From: a virus
Taxonomy: Duplodnaviria; Caudoviricetes
Length of the DNA: 42,714 bases
Virus record (IMG/VR): IMGVR_UViG_3300025390_000015
Span: 1-42,714 of that record
Reading direction: 5' to 3' (one strand)
The translations under genes were made by a program, and so were the position numbers. Every line of letters starts with the position of its first letter. Within the stretch, counting starts at the first letter, position 1. A model generated the notes under the pieces. The model saw only the letters and a program-made list of their open reading frames with translations, did not search any database and had not been told where the DNA came from. Below are positions 9,580 through 18,811 of this stretch, piece after piece.

Positions 9580-10644
9580 TCAGGATGTATAATATTTTAT
9601 CACGGGTTGAAAATATATCGGGCTCTTATCGCGCTCTTCATCTTCAGCTTGTTGCAACCATTTCATATACTGGCCTTCCAAATACGTGATTCGGGCCAAA
9701 TCCACACTAGGCAATTGCAAAGACATTTCATGGCTCAACCATGCTTGAACAGCAGGGATCCAACGATTGGGCAGTTCCAATTGGTTGGTCATCGAGCCCA
9801 CATCCATGATCTGGCTTTCAATTACCAACTGCAACATTTGGAAGTCGTTATTGGGAATTGGCCACAACCACATTTGAGGCGTAATCTGGCGATCAAACCA
9901 GTACTGCAACGAACGGGCGCTGGGGAAATCTTTGTTTGGCAAGTTCCAGTAATCGTCACGGTTCAGCCGTGCCAAGGGAATGACTTGCTGAACGTAAGAT
10001 AACGTAATTTGACGCAAAGAAAACGTTGGGGCTACTGTCTCCCTCAAGCGGTAATTTAAATGCGCCTGAGTGGTGTTAATGGGGTAATAGGCCCATGTTC
10101 CGTCTGCCAGTGTGGTAGAGGGGAAAGTTTCAAGCGTGGTCCATGTAACACCGTCTGCGCTGGCTTCCAACACAAAGTTGTAAGTGGCCGAGCCGCCTGG
10201 TGCATAGGCATTGAACCCGACGTTTACAATGCTCTGTGCAGTTTGGTACTGTGCGCCAAACCAGTTTTCGCCAACAGTCGATGTGGCATGGTTATTCAAA
10301 TTCTGAGTAAACAGTGCCGGTGAATTGGGATTATCAACCGGCAAAGCCTCACTAATTTGAGGATAGATATTGTAAGACCAGTTGGCCTCACGAATATCAA
10401 TTGTGCTGGCATCCAACGGTACAATCTTTTGGTCTTGGATCAAACCAATCAATTGGTTCTTTAACATCCAAAGATTAACACCACGGTTGGACAAATTCAT
10501 CAGAATATAATACAGAGCCTGTTTGGCTGCGTTGATATATTCCGGTGTTTGCTCTTCCGCAGTCTTACCTGCAGCACGGAAGGCATACTCAATGAGCTGC
10601 CCTACCGTGATTTTGGTTTGGTTTGTAGTGTTGGAATAAGCCAC
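9580..10644 (-). CDS. Head-tail connector/tail tubular protein with probable inserted beta-sandwich domain
   Basis: 354 aa; NRGVNLW, RDDYWNLPNK and WLWPIP motifs; central LEASADGVTW segment is discoidin-like. Confidence 0.6.
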   Translation of the reverse strand: MAYSNTTNQTKITVGQLIEYAFRAAGKTAEEQTPEYINAAKQALYYILMNLSNRGVNLWMLKNQLIGLIQDQKIVPLDASTIDIREANWSYNIYPQISEALPVDNPNSPALFTQNLNNHATSTVGENWFGAQYQTAQSIVNVGFNAYAPGGSATYNFVLEASADGVTWTTLETFPSTTLADGTWAYYPINTTQAHLNYRLRETVAPTFSLRQITLSYVQQVIPLARLNRDDYWNLPNKDFPSARSLQYWFDRQITPQMWLWPIPNNDFQMLQLVIESQIMDVGSMTNQLELPNRWIPAVQAWLSHEMSLQLPSVDLARITYLEGQYMKWLQQAEDEERDKSPIYFQPVIKYYTS

Positions 10645-10647
10645 GAA

Positions 10648-10824
10648 TTACCGTCCTCGACCAGATGTTCGAGTAGGCTTGTTGGTTACTCGGCTTGGCA
10701 AGTTGGCCTTTTTAGGACCAGCCTTGACAAACTCCTTGCCTACTTTTTTAGGAATACCAATGTTGCTCTTGCCTTCGGCAGCAGCATACATAGCACCTTG
10801 TTGGGCTTTGCTAACGTAAGGCAT
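10648..10824 (-). CDS. Small basic phage protein (MPYVSKAQ...[10 protein letters not shown])
   Basis: ATG at 10824 immediately after the upstream stop; 58 aa, basic. Confidence 0.75.
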   Translation of the reverse strand: MPYVSKAQQGAMYAAAEGKSNIGIPKKVGKEFVKAGPKKANLPSRVTNKPTRTSGRGR

Positions 10825-10825
10825 C

Positions 10826-12670
10826 TTATTGGCCTTGTTGCATAGCACGTTGGCGCAACAAATTGTTCAACAACTGTTGTTGGCTTGCACCGCCAGTGCC
10901 AGTAGGATCATTCACAGCTTGGGGAGTCGCCATTTGAGGTTGCTGTTGAGGCATTTGGGGCGCTTGCTGTGGCTGAGGAGCTGGTTGTGGGGCAGCTTGG
11001 GGTTGGGGTTGTGGCTGGGGTTGGGGTTGTGGCATCATGGGGCGTTTTTTAACAAACGGATTGCCAGCTTGACCAGCTGGGTCACCCACAGCTTGGGGAG
11101 TTGCCAAAGGACCAGTAGAGCCGCCAATGTCAAAGCGGGCCATACCGCCTTCTTTCAGGCCCATACCAGCGCCGGGACCAGCAGCCCAAGCGTTCTTGTT
11201 CATCACAGCAGAACGGTCAGGAGCAGGCAAACGGCGCATTTGTTCGGCCATAGCTTGAGCAGCGGGAGTGCCGGGAGTAACGCCAGAACGAGCGGCATTT
11301 TCACTCAACATGTCGGCATTACGGCTAGACGCACGAGCAGCACGTTGAGCACCCAACAAATCGGCTTTAGAAGGGCCATTCAACATACGAGTAGCGTTGT
11401 TGGCCAATTGAGGAGCGCCACTGCGTTCCAAAGCAGGCATTGCATACTCGGACAAAGCAGCGCCACCACGGCCAGCCAAACGAGCTGCCAAACCATGCAA
11501 GCCCTTCAAGATGGAACCAAACTCACCGGCAGGGCCACCCACACCTTGGATATAAGGATCTGCATCGCTTGCTTGGAATGGAGCCAAAGTGCCCCGAGCA
11601 GCTTGAGCATGTTGAGCAGCGGCCAAGCTGGGATGCTGGTCATTGTCGCCATAGTCAGAAGCATCGTTTTGATAAAAACCAATGTCATCGGCAGAGGGGC
11701 CGCCTTGACCACCACGACCAGCACCAGCGCCCATAGGAGCAGCAGGACCACCACGGCGGGTCAAACCACGTTGGGCATTCAAATAGTCACGCAAGTTGTC
11801 AAAGCCAGAGTCCTTCAATTGTTTTGCAGTGACAACAGGAGCCTTTTTAGAAGCAGCCGAAGGAGCTGCAGCGGGGCGAGACAAAGGATTGCCAGTGAGG
11901 TCGGTGTCGCTTGAAGAAACGGGATGGGTTTCAACACCCTCGCCTGTGGGCGTATACATCGAATAATCGGGATGCGAAAAGATTTTGTCGCTGCCAACAT
12001 TTTGGTCGGTACCGGTATCACCACCGCTAGCAAACTTCTTCACATCACTACCCTTCATGGCAGGACGCTTTTCACCCTTAGAAGGAGCAGCAGCCTTTTT
12101 GTCGCCAGTGGGTTTTACTTTGGACAAGCTGCCTTTATCGCCAGCGGGCTTGCTTTTTTCTTTTTCCACATCGCTACCGCGCAGAGCAGGACGTTTAGTG
12201 CCTTTAGACTCAGCTTCGGCTTTTTTGTTGCCAGTGGGTTTTACCTTGACCATAGCGACTGCATCGCCAGAGGGCTTTTTCTTTTCTTTTACAACGTCGC
12301 TTGAACCGCCTTCTTTCAGCTTTTTGGGCTTGAAGTTTTTGGCTTGTTCAATGTCTTTAAGATCAGCAGCGGTTTTCTTTTCGCCATACACAGCGCCGCC
12401 ATCTTTTTTGAATTTTTTAACAGTGCCGGTTTCTTTTTTAGCACGACCACCTTTACGCAGCTTAATTTCGCTGGCGTCTTCTTTATCGTGTTCTGCCTTG
12501 TCGTGCTGTTTGAATGCTTTTTTGATCATGGCCTTGTCTTGGGCCATGTCTTTCTTCTCCACTTCACCACCGGCTTTTTTCTTGGTCATGCCACCGCCGC
12601 AGTACTTTTCTGCCGCTTTAGTGGTGCTACCACCGGATTTCATTTTGGGGAGTGTTTTGAAGCCGTCCAT
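10826..12670 (-). CDS. Low-complexity Lys-rich protein with repeated xxGG motifs (probable internal head protein)
   Basis: 614 aa; GAGGA RBS; preceded by the late promoter motif; K-rich N-half, PQ-rich C-terminus. Confidence 0.8.
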   Translation of the reverse strand: MDGFKTLPKMKSGGSTTKAAEKYCGGGMTKKKAGGEVEKKDMAQDKAMIKKAFKQHDKAEHDKEDASEIKLRKGGRAKKETGTVKKFKKDGGAVYGEKKTAADLKDIEQAKNFKPKKLKEGGSSDVVKEKKKPSGDAVAMVKVKPTGNKKAEAESKGTKRPALRGSDVEKEKSKPAGDKGSLSKVKPTGDKKAAAPSKGEKRPAMKGSDVKKFASGGDTGTDQNVGSDKIFSHPDYSMYTPTGEGVETHPVSSSDTDLTGNPLSRPAAAPSAASKKAPVVTAKQLKDSGFDNLRDYLNAQRGLTRRGGPAAPMGAGAGRGGQGGPSADDIGFYQNDASDYGDNDQHPSLAAAQHAQAARGTLAPFQASDADPYIQGVGGPAGEFGSILKGLHGLAARLAGRGGAALSEYAMPALERSGAPQLANNATRMLNGPSKADLLGAQRAARASSRNADMLSENAARSGVTPGTPAAQAMAEQMRRLPAPDRSAVMNKNAWAAGPGAGMGLKEGGMARFDIGGSTGPLATPQAVGDPAGQAGNPFVKKRPMMPQPQPQPQPQPQAAPQPAPQPQQAPQMPQQQPQMATPQAVNDPTGTGGASQQQLLNNLLRQRAMQQGQ

Positions 12671-12720
12671 GTTTTTGTCCTCTAGAGTGTTTATTATTGA
12701 CGGGGAATTGATCAGATTCC

Positions 12721-12758
12721 CTATAACTACTAATGCAAAAAAGGACCTTTTCAGGCCC
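12721..12758 (-). promoter_or_regulatory. Putative phage late promoter, copy 1
   Basis: GGGC-N17-TGCATTAGTAGTTATAG on the minus strand; one of five copies. Confidence 0.75.
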
Positions 12759-13173
12759 TTTCAAACAGCGCTTTTTCCTTTTTTCTGCGCTCTATTAATT
12801 CTGGTGGTTTGTTCCAAAGCAAGAAATCATTAGCAGCTTGGGCATAATTCAACTGATTAAGATGCCGCAATACCGAAGATTCTGTAAAATGCTCTGTGCC
12901 AATATTAAAACACAGGCTACACAGCGCATCAAATTGGTTTTGATTAATGGGCGCTCGGACCATTTTATCGATGCAACGTTGGCATTCTGCCAAGTCTTGG
13001 CGCAATAGACTGTCAACACCTATCTTTGTAAGCTCTGTCGTAATAAGATGCTGCTCGTTGGGTTTAATCAAATGCCCAACACCAATCGTCCAAAGCCCCT
13101 TGGTATCCTTATAGGCTCGGGTCCTAAACCCCTCAAACCCAATAATTGTATCAAGGGTTGATTGCTGAATCAC
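12751..13173 (-). CDS. Endolysin, GH24 lysozyme
   Basis: Catalytic E-x8-D-x5-T (FEGFRTRAYKDTKGLWTIGVGH), QNQFDALCSLCFNIG and RRKKE motifs. Confidence 0.95.
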   Translation of the reverse strand: MIQQSTLDTIIGFEGFRTRAYKDTKGLWTIGVGHLIKPNEQHLITTELTKIGVDSLLRQDLAECQRCIDKMVRAPINQNQFDALCSLCFNIGTEHFTESSVLRHLNQLNYAQAANDFLLWNKPPELIERRKKEKALFERA

Positions 13174-13660
13174 GTTGTCTTAGAAAGTTTTGTAAGTCAA
13201 TGAGTTGCTTAGACAACTGTTCGTATTTGAGATTGTTTTCAATGGCAATACTCAAAACGTCCGTCTCACTTACTTGGCTGGTAACGGTGTCAGTGGCGGA
13301 GGCGGCAACATCAATGCTGCTGGGGGTTGGGGGCACATCACTGGCGCTGGTGTTGTACAAGCGCACAAAGCCATTAGTAACACGGCAATTATTAGCGCCC
13401 ACAGCAGCCGAAACCTGCTTTTGCAGTTGGTTTCGTTCAGTCGAAATTTGCTCAATTTGTTGGACATAAGTTGCGACCATCTGGTCACCACGTTGCTGAA
13501 TATCATTTTTTTCCTTCTGCGCTTTTAAACTAGCACCTTGAATTTCTGATATATAATAGTTAGAAGTTAGCCGGTAAGCGCCGTATGCGCCAATCAGAAT
13601 ACTGACTAGCGCAATGACAATATAAATTTTAAGGCTGTTGAGTAGGTTTAATAGCATCAT
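13151..13660 (-). CDS. Inner-membrane spanin (Rz-like)
   Basis: N-terminal TM helix (IYIVIALVSILIGAYGAY) then coiled coil, between holin and endolysin; start likely 13660 or 13657. Confidence 0.8.
   Translation of the reverse strand: MMLLNLLNSLKIYIVIALVSILIGAYGAYRLTSNYYISEIQGASLKAQKEKNDIQQRGDQMVATYVQQIEQISTERNQLQKQVSAAVGANNCRVTNGFVRLYNTSASDVPPTPSSIDVAASATDTVTSQVSETDVLSIAIENNLKYEQLSKQLIDLQNFLRQRDSAINP
13270..13467 (-). CDS. Outer-membrane lipoprotein spanin (Rz1-like) embedded in the i-spanin gene
   Basis: Alternate frame; hydrophobic stretch, lipobox LCAC and Pro-rich mature part (CTTPAPVMCPQPPAALMLPPPP); start uncertain. Confidence 0.8.
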   Translation of the reverse strand: MSNKLSKFRLNETNCKSRFRLLWALIIAVLLMALCACTTPAPVMCPQPPAALMLPPPPLTPLPAK

Positions 13661-13880
13661 GTTCTGTTGCCGCCTTTCCGCCAACCAACACACCACCGCC
13701 GCCAAGTAGTGTTCCAAGGCCAATACCCATGTCAGATAGGTTAATTACCCCATTATGGGCCACCTGAATTAAGCTTACTACCAGGTATCCAAAAATACCC
13801 ACCAGTACGGCAAATCGAGCAATACAATACGTCTCGTTGTCGTCTTCAGTTAAAATATCTTTTAGAAATTTCCAAGTCAT
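13629..13880 (-). CDS. Putative holin
   Basis: 83 aa with two hydrophobic segments, located in the lysis cassette. Confidence 0.65.
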   Translation of the reverse strand: MTWKFLKDILTEDDNETYCIARFAVLVGIFGYLVVSLIQVAHNGVINLSDMGIGLGTLLGGGGVLVGGKAATEHDAIKPTQQP

Positions 13881-14113
13881 TTTTTATCTACTTTGCTATC
13901 AAGCTTGTCTTCGATGCGGTGGAGAAGAGTAATAATCTCATCCCACCGATCAAAAAACTCATCTCGGCGCAGGTATTTAGAAGGAATATCAGCCCGAAAG
14001 TGGCCATGTTCCTTCTTGATTTCCTGCACTTCGTTCCAGATTTGTTGGCAAAACCAGCCCAACCCCACACAAATAATGGGGATAATTGTATTTATGAGGG
14101 ATTGGATATCCAT
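13877..14113 (-). CDS. Single-TM coiled-coil protein (holin/antiholin-like)
   Basis: N-terminal TM segment, C-terminal RIEDKLD coiled coil; ATGA overlap with the next gene. Confidence 0.65.
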   Translation of the reverse strand: MDIQSLINTIIPIICVGLGWFCQQIWNEVQEIKKEHGHFRADIPSKYLRRDEFFDRWDEIITLLHRIEDKLDSKVDKK

Positions 14114-14118
14114 TTTGC

Positions 14119-14304
14119 TTATTTTCCAGTTTCGCGTTTTAGACGTTCTGCAGCTTGGTCAATGGCCAATTGAACAATCGGGCTGATAGTCCCTTTGGGA
14201 GCTTGCACCACAACCGGAGCAACTTCTTGCGATGCCACTTCAGCTGCAATTTCAGCTTGCAATTCTTCGACTTTTTGTTCAATTTCTTTAAGAGAGGTAG
14301 CCAT
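14119..14304 (-). CDS. Hypothetical protein
   Basis: 61 aa, GGAG RBS, tightly packed. Confidence 0.7.
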   Translation of the reverse strand: MATSLKEIEQKVEELQAEIAAEVASQEVAPVVVQAPKGTISPIVQLAIDQAAERLKRETGK

Positions 14305-14305
14305 A

Positions 14306-14476
14306 TTACTCCGCTGCAGGTGGGGTGGGTTCTGCGGCCTGTTGGGCGGCTTGAACCTGGGGAACAGCTTGCTTTTCGATCTTGCCTAAAAGCTCGTGAA
14401 CTAGCTTGTGTGGCAATTCGCGCAAAGCCGCAATAATCAAGTTAACTTCTTCAATGGTATGTTCTAAACTAATCAT
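14306..14476 (-). CDS. Hypothetical protein, 56 aa (MISLEHTIEEVNLIIAALRELP...), not in the ORF track
   Basis: Read by hand; AGGA RBS; fills the gap exactly. Confidence 0.75.
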   Translation of the reverse strand: MISLEHTIEEVNLIIAALRELPHKLVHELLGKIEKQAVPQVQAAQQAAEPTPPAAE

Positions 14477-14527
14477 AGTTTCATCCTATATTGCGCCACC
14501 AAAATGGGGTGGTGGCTTCCCACTATA

Positions 14528-14872
14528 TTATGCAGCAGGAGTGGCCCAAGGCAACGGTTGTGTTACAGGCGACACAGGGGGGTTAGCTAATGAATTCAAT
14601 TGACCCTGCACATTCGCCTCATAGTTGGCGATACCTTGTTCGCCCAGAGACTCTTGCACCCAACCAATGACTTGAGCTTCAGTCAGGCTTGAATAGGGTT
14701 CGAAGCCAGCTTGTGCGTCAGTAACGGGGTACTGGGTGTTGCCACCAATAGATGCGGTGTGGACTGAATCAGTACCAGTAAGCAGCCAGTTGACGTTCAC
14801 AACGTAGCCAGCGTTTGTGCCGCTAGGCCATTGTTGCATGGAGGTAACTGTCCAAGTGTAAGTTGTTGCCAT
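14528..14872 (-). CDS. Fibre-associated protein (chaperone-like)
   Basis: MATTYTW start, LTEAQVIGWV and PLPW end; follows the fibre genes. Confidence 0.7.
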   Translation of the reverse strand: MATTYTWTVTSMQQWPSGTNAGYVVNVNWLLTGTDSVHTASIGGNTQYPVTDAQAGFEPYSSLTEAQVIGWVQESLGEQGIANYEANVQGQLNSLANPPVSPVTQPLPWATPAA

Positions 14873-14873
14873 T

Positions 14874-15122
14874 TTAAGCTCCTAGTTGAGAATCAATTTG
14901 AGATTGGATGTTGTCTTGGTACGTTGCCGCGTAAGTATCAATATCCGCTTGTGTCCAACTTGAAGTTGGTTTTAAGTCTGCGCCGCCAAAAGATACGCTC
15001 ACGCTACCAGTTGCGGTTTTGCCGTTTGGGTCAGTACCCTGCATTTCAAAGAAGCCGGTGTCAGCATAACCACGCATATTGGTGTTTAAGTGCTTGACAA
15101 CCCATGTGTATGTATTAGCCAT
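14874..15122 (-). CDS. Fibre-associated small protein, paralogue-like of 14528..14872
   Basis: Shares the MA(N/T)TYTW N-terminus. Confidence 0.7.
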   Translation of the reverse strand: MANTYTWVVKHLNTNMRGYADTGFFEMQGTDPNGKTATGSVSVSFGGADLKPTSSWTQADIDTYAATYQDNIQSQIDSQLGA

Positions 15123-15130
15123 TTTTTTCC

Positions 15131-17437
15131 TTAGATTGTGAAGAACGAAGCGCCAGCCAATGTTCCAGAAGTGGTTTGCATACGCAAGCTATTAGAAGAG
15201 AGGGTGAACGATACTGTTAACCCTGTGCCGTTTGAACTACTTATCACCGTAACCGAACCACTTGCCCAAGCAACCTGCCACCAGCCTTGCGCTCCACCAG
15301 ATGTGTTGTACATTGTTATGAAGGCAAGTCCACCAATCCCAGATTGCGGAGAAACAGCAGTGGCGGTTGTAGACACACTGGCAATTTGAAGCCGCCCAAT
15401 GTTTGGATTCCCATCCCCATCAGACAGAACAATGTTGTTGGAGGATGTGCGGATGTCTAGGCCGCCATTGTTTCCAGAATAAGCACCAAGAATTGTGTTC
15501 TTTGAGCCTGTGGTAATGTTGGAGCCTGCACCCCCAGATGTACCAAAAACACCATTACCAACTAAAGTATTATTATTACCTGTTGTTAAATTGAATCCAG
15601 AGCCGTTACCAATAATAACGTTACCAAATCCACTTGAAAGTGCGTAACCAGCAGCACGACCGATTGCTACGTTATCAGTTCCTGTTGTATTACTATACCC
15701 CGCCTGATACCCAACAGCAGTGTTGCTAGAGGCTGTGGTGTTGGCTTGGAGTGCAGATGTACCAATCGCGGTGTTATAGCTACCAGTCGTATTTGATAAT
15801 AAAGAAGCAGAACCCAGCGCAACAACTGAATCACCAGACGTATTTGCGGCTGCTGCACTTGTGCCGATAGCCGTTACATTGTTTGCATTATTTGCATATC
15901 CGGCTTTATAACCAAACAAAGAATTACTTGTACCAGTTGTGTTTGTATATCCTGCTTGATAGCCTACAGCCGCATTGTTAGAGGCGGTGGTGTTGTTATA
16001 AAGGGCTGAAGTGCCAACAGCAGTATTAGAACCACCAGTTGTGCTATTCAACAGGGTCTGACTGCCAACTGCCACGTTGTTAGTGCCGCCAGTACCACCA
16101 GACGTATTGCCATTTAAAGCAGAAAATCCTAGTGCCGTGTTACTGCCGCCAGTTTGCCAAAAACCAGCTTGATAGCCTACAGTAACAGAGTTGTTATTTG
16201 TAACATTGCTGTATCCAGCCTGATACCCTACAGCCGTGTTGTTAGAGGCTGTGGTGTTGGAGTACAAAGACTGATACCCTACTGCTGTGTTGTTAGAGGC
16301 TGTGGTGTTGGCATTTAGTGCTTGAAGACCGATGGCGGTATTGCCGCTGCCGGTGGTATTGGCAAATAAAGAATTTGCACCAAATGCGGCATTATTTGAG
16401 CCGGTAGTGTTGTTTTGAGCGGATGCGTTACCGACCGCAGTATTAGCACCACCGGTAGTATTGCTGTACAAGGCGTTTTGACCAACCCCAGTTAGGGTAG
16501 CGCCAGTTGTATTGTTAAAAACGGATTGATAGCCAACCGCTACGTTGTTGGATGCCGTGGTGTTGGAATAGAGGGCTTGAGTTCCAACGGCGGTGTTTTG
16601 ACCGCCTGTGGTGTTGAAGAATAAAGCAGAACTTCCTATGCCTACGTTGTATGAACCCGTTGTGTTGGAATATAAAGAATTGCGGCCAATAGCAATTACA
16701 TCGGTTGCACTTGTAGATGAATACAATGCAAGTGAGCCTATTGCAACCGCATTACTGCCAGTGAATGTACCAAAACCCGACTGAAAACCTACAAAAATAC
16801 TATTTGTGGCAGTAGTAACACCAACACCAGCTTGGTATCCGCTGAATACGTTTTGATTGCCGGTTGTGTTGTTGTAACCAGACTGATACCCTACAGCAGT
16901 ATTGTTAGAGGCTGTGGTGTTGGAAAAAAGCGCAGCATTTCCAAATGCAGTGTTAAACCCACCTGTTGTATTTGACTGAAGGGCGCTCACACCAGTTGCA
17001 CTGTTATATGACCCACTGGTGTTGTAATACAGCGCATTCAGACCAACAGCAACATCTTGTGCGCCTGTTGAATTTGTCGTCAAAGCACTAGCACCCACAG
17101 CAGTATTTGTAGAAACACTACCAGCCCCTTGACCCACAGTCAGTCCGTGGATAGAGGCGTCATTGGCAAGGGTCAACGATGTGCCGTTGAAGGTCATGTT
17201 GGCCGAGCCAGCCAAGTTCCCCGAACTGTTGTATTGAACCTGAGTGTTCGATCCACCGGCAATACCTGCACCGCCAGCACCAGCCAACACCTTGATCGCT
17301 GAACCAGTGTTGTAGTAAAGTTTTCCATCGGCGTAATTTATAGCCAACTCACCCACAGCCAAGTTGCTAGTAGTAGGAACGTTGCTGGCCGTGCCAGACT
17401 TAAACAAAATAATGGGCGTGTATCCAGTTTGTGCCAT
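15131..17437 (-). CDS. Tail fibre/adhesin with 14-aa NTAVG (YadA-head-like beta-roll) repeats
   Basis: 768 aa; dozens of NTT(A/G)SNNTAVGYQ repeats; N-terminal GELAINYADGKLY (Mtd-N-like). Confidence 0.85.
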   Translation of the reverse strand: MAQTGYTPIILFKSGTASNVPTTSNLAVGELAINYADGKLYYNTGSAIKVLAGAGGAGIAGGSNTQVQYNSSGNLAGSANMTFNGTSLTLANDASIHGLTVGQGAGSVSTNTAVGASALTTNSTGAQDVAVGLNALYYNTSGSYNSATGVSALQSNTTGGFNTAFGNAALFSNTTASNNTAVGYQSGYNNTTGNQNVFSGYQAGVGVTTATNSIFVGFQSGFGTFTGSNAVAIGSLALYSSTSATDVIAIGRNSLYSNTTGSYNVGIGSSALFFNTTGGQNTAVGTQALYSNTTASNNVAVGYQSVFNNTTGATLTGVGQNALYSNTTGGANTAVGNASAQNNTTGSNNAAFGANSLFANTTGSGNTAIGLQALNANTTASNNTAVGYQSLYSNTTASNNTAVGYQAGYSNVTNNNSVTVGYQAGFWQTGGSNTALGFSALNGNTSGGTGGTNNVAVGSQTLLNSTTGGSNTAVGTSALYNNTTASNNAAVGYQAGYTNTTGTSNSLFGYKAGYANNANNVTAIGTSAAAANTSGDSVVALGSASLLSNTTGSYNTAIGTSALQANTTASSNTAVGYQAGYSNTTGTDNVAIGRAAGYALSSGFGNVIIGNGSGFNLTTGNNNTLVGNGVFGTSGGAGSNITTGSKNTILGAYSGNNGGLDIRTSSNNIVLSDGDGNPNIGRLQIASVSTTATAVSPQSGIGGLAFITMYNTSGGAQGWWQVAWASGSVTVISSSNGTGLTVSFTLSSNSLRMQTTSGTLAGASFFTI

Positions 17438-17446
17438 GTTTCTTCC

Positions 17447-18802
17447 TTAGAAAGTTCCGCCGTTGATGCCGCCGGTAATCGCGTTTGATGTTCCGTTATA
17501 AGTCAACCCAGAGTTGACCGTAATGCCATTGTTGCCCGATGTGGCTGTCACAAAGGCAAGATAGTTGGTTGTCGCACTACCCGTTGAGGTCGCCACATTG
17601 GTAGCATTCGTCGCTGTGGTAGCCGTTGCAGCATTACCACCAATACTCAAGCCCGATGCCGTGCCAGTAATGTTTGTACCAACCAACGTGCTGGGTGTGC
17701 CCAAATTAGGCGTCACCAGTGTTGGCGATGTGGCCAACACCACACTACCAGAACCCGTGGTTGATGAGCTGGACGCTGCAGTCAATTGCCCTTGAGCATT
17801 GACTGTGAAGTTACCAAGCGTATAAGAACCAGCAGTTACAGCTGTGTTGGTAATGCTAAACTGTGTGCCTGTAAGTGTCAGCCCCGTACCGGCTGTATAT
17901 GAACCCGCGCCAGCAAACTGCACCCAAGTAACTGCAGTAACGCCCAACGTGCCGCCTGGGTCAACCGTACAAACCCAACCTGTGTCGGCCTGCAAAGTGC
18001 CTTGTTCAACCCACACATAAGCAGAAACCAATTGATTCCATGTGTTGGCGTCACTGGAGCGGGTCCATGCGCCTGAAGAAGACACATAAATGCCGTTATT
18101 TGCTGCGGTTGATTGGTTCTTAACCAACACACGGCTTGAAGACGTTGTAAAACCGTCAATTGTCTGCTCACCAGACAGCGTGATGTTGGCTGTTGTAGCA
18201 ACCAAAACCGGCGCTTTGGTATTCAAACCTTGAGCGACGGAGTCAACATACTGCTTAGTGGCCAACTGCAGCGCCGACACGGGATCTTGCGTCACCGTCA
18301 CGCTGGTCAAGCCAGCAAGCGTTGAAGCCGTAGCACCCAACGAAATTGCTGTTGAACCAATCGTCACCGAACTGTTTGCCAACTGAGCGTTGGTAATAGT
18401 GCCGGATAGCGATGTTGTGGGGATTGTGGTGCTTGCTGTGGTTGCACCCGCGCCATTACCATACAAATAGCCTGTGAGGCCCAACGCCAAGCTATTCAGT
18501 GTGGCAAGGCCTGTGGTACTCAGCGTTGTAAAAGCGCCCGTAGAGGCCGTTGAAGCCCCTATTGTGGTCCCGTTGATTGAACCACCAGTAATCGTGACGT
18601 TACTAAATGTGCCTGCTGCAGCCCCCTTTGAGGCCAGCACTTGAATAGTATTGGTGTTGTCTTTGTAAAAAAGCTTACCATCAGTGATATTGATGGCCAA
18701 CTCAGAACCGCTTGAGCTGTTGGTTAGACTAGAAGCAACTGGTGAATTTCCAGAAGTACTTGATGCGTATAACAGGATGGGCGTATAGCCAAATTGTGCC
18801 AT
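17447..18802 (-). CDS. Tail fibre protein
   Basis: N-terminal ELAINITDGKLFY, ATKQYVD, RVLVKNQ...NGIY and VNAQGQLT motifs; ends INGGTF. Confidence 0.85.
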   Translation of the reverse strand: MAQFGYTPILLYASSTSGNSPVASSLTNSSSGSELAINITDGKLFYKDNTNTIQVLASKGAAAGTFSNVTITGGSINGTTIGASTASTGAFTTLSTTGLATLNSLALGLTGYLYGNGAGATTASTTIPTTSLSGTITNAQLANSSVTIGSTAISLGATASTLAGLTSVTVTQDPVSALQLATKQYVDSVAQGLNTKAPVLVATTANITLSGEQTIDGFTTSSSRVLVKNQSTAANNGIYVSSSGAWTRSSDANTWNQLVSAYVWVEQGTLQADTGWVCTVDPGGTLGVTAVTWVQFAGAGSYTAGTGLTLTGTQFSITNTAVTAGSYTLGNFTVNAQGQLTAASSSSTTGSGSVVLATSPTLVTPNLGTPSTLVGTNITGTASGLSIGGNAATATTATNATNVATSTGSATTNYLAFVTATSGNNGITVNSGLTYNGTSNAITGGINGGTF

Positions 18803-18811
18803 TTTTATTCC

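Noticed and set aside
10829-12833. Long plus-strand ORFs (361 and 282 aa)
   Set aside because: Antisense shadows of the 614-aa gene
15131-18802. Diversity-generating retroelement suggested by Mtd-like N-termini
   Set aside because: No reverse transcriptase, no TR/VR pair with adenine-specific mismatches and no C-type-lectin-like end in the window
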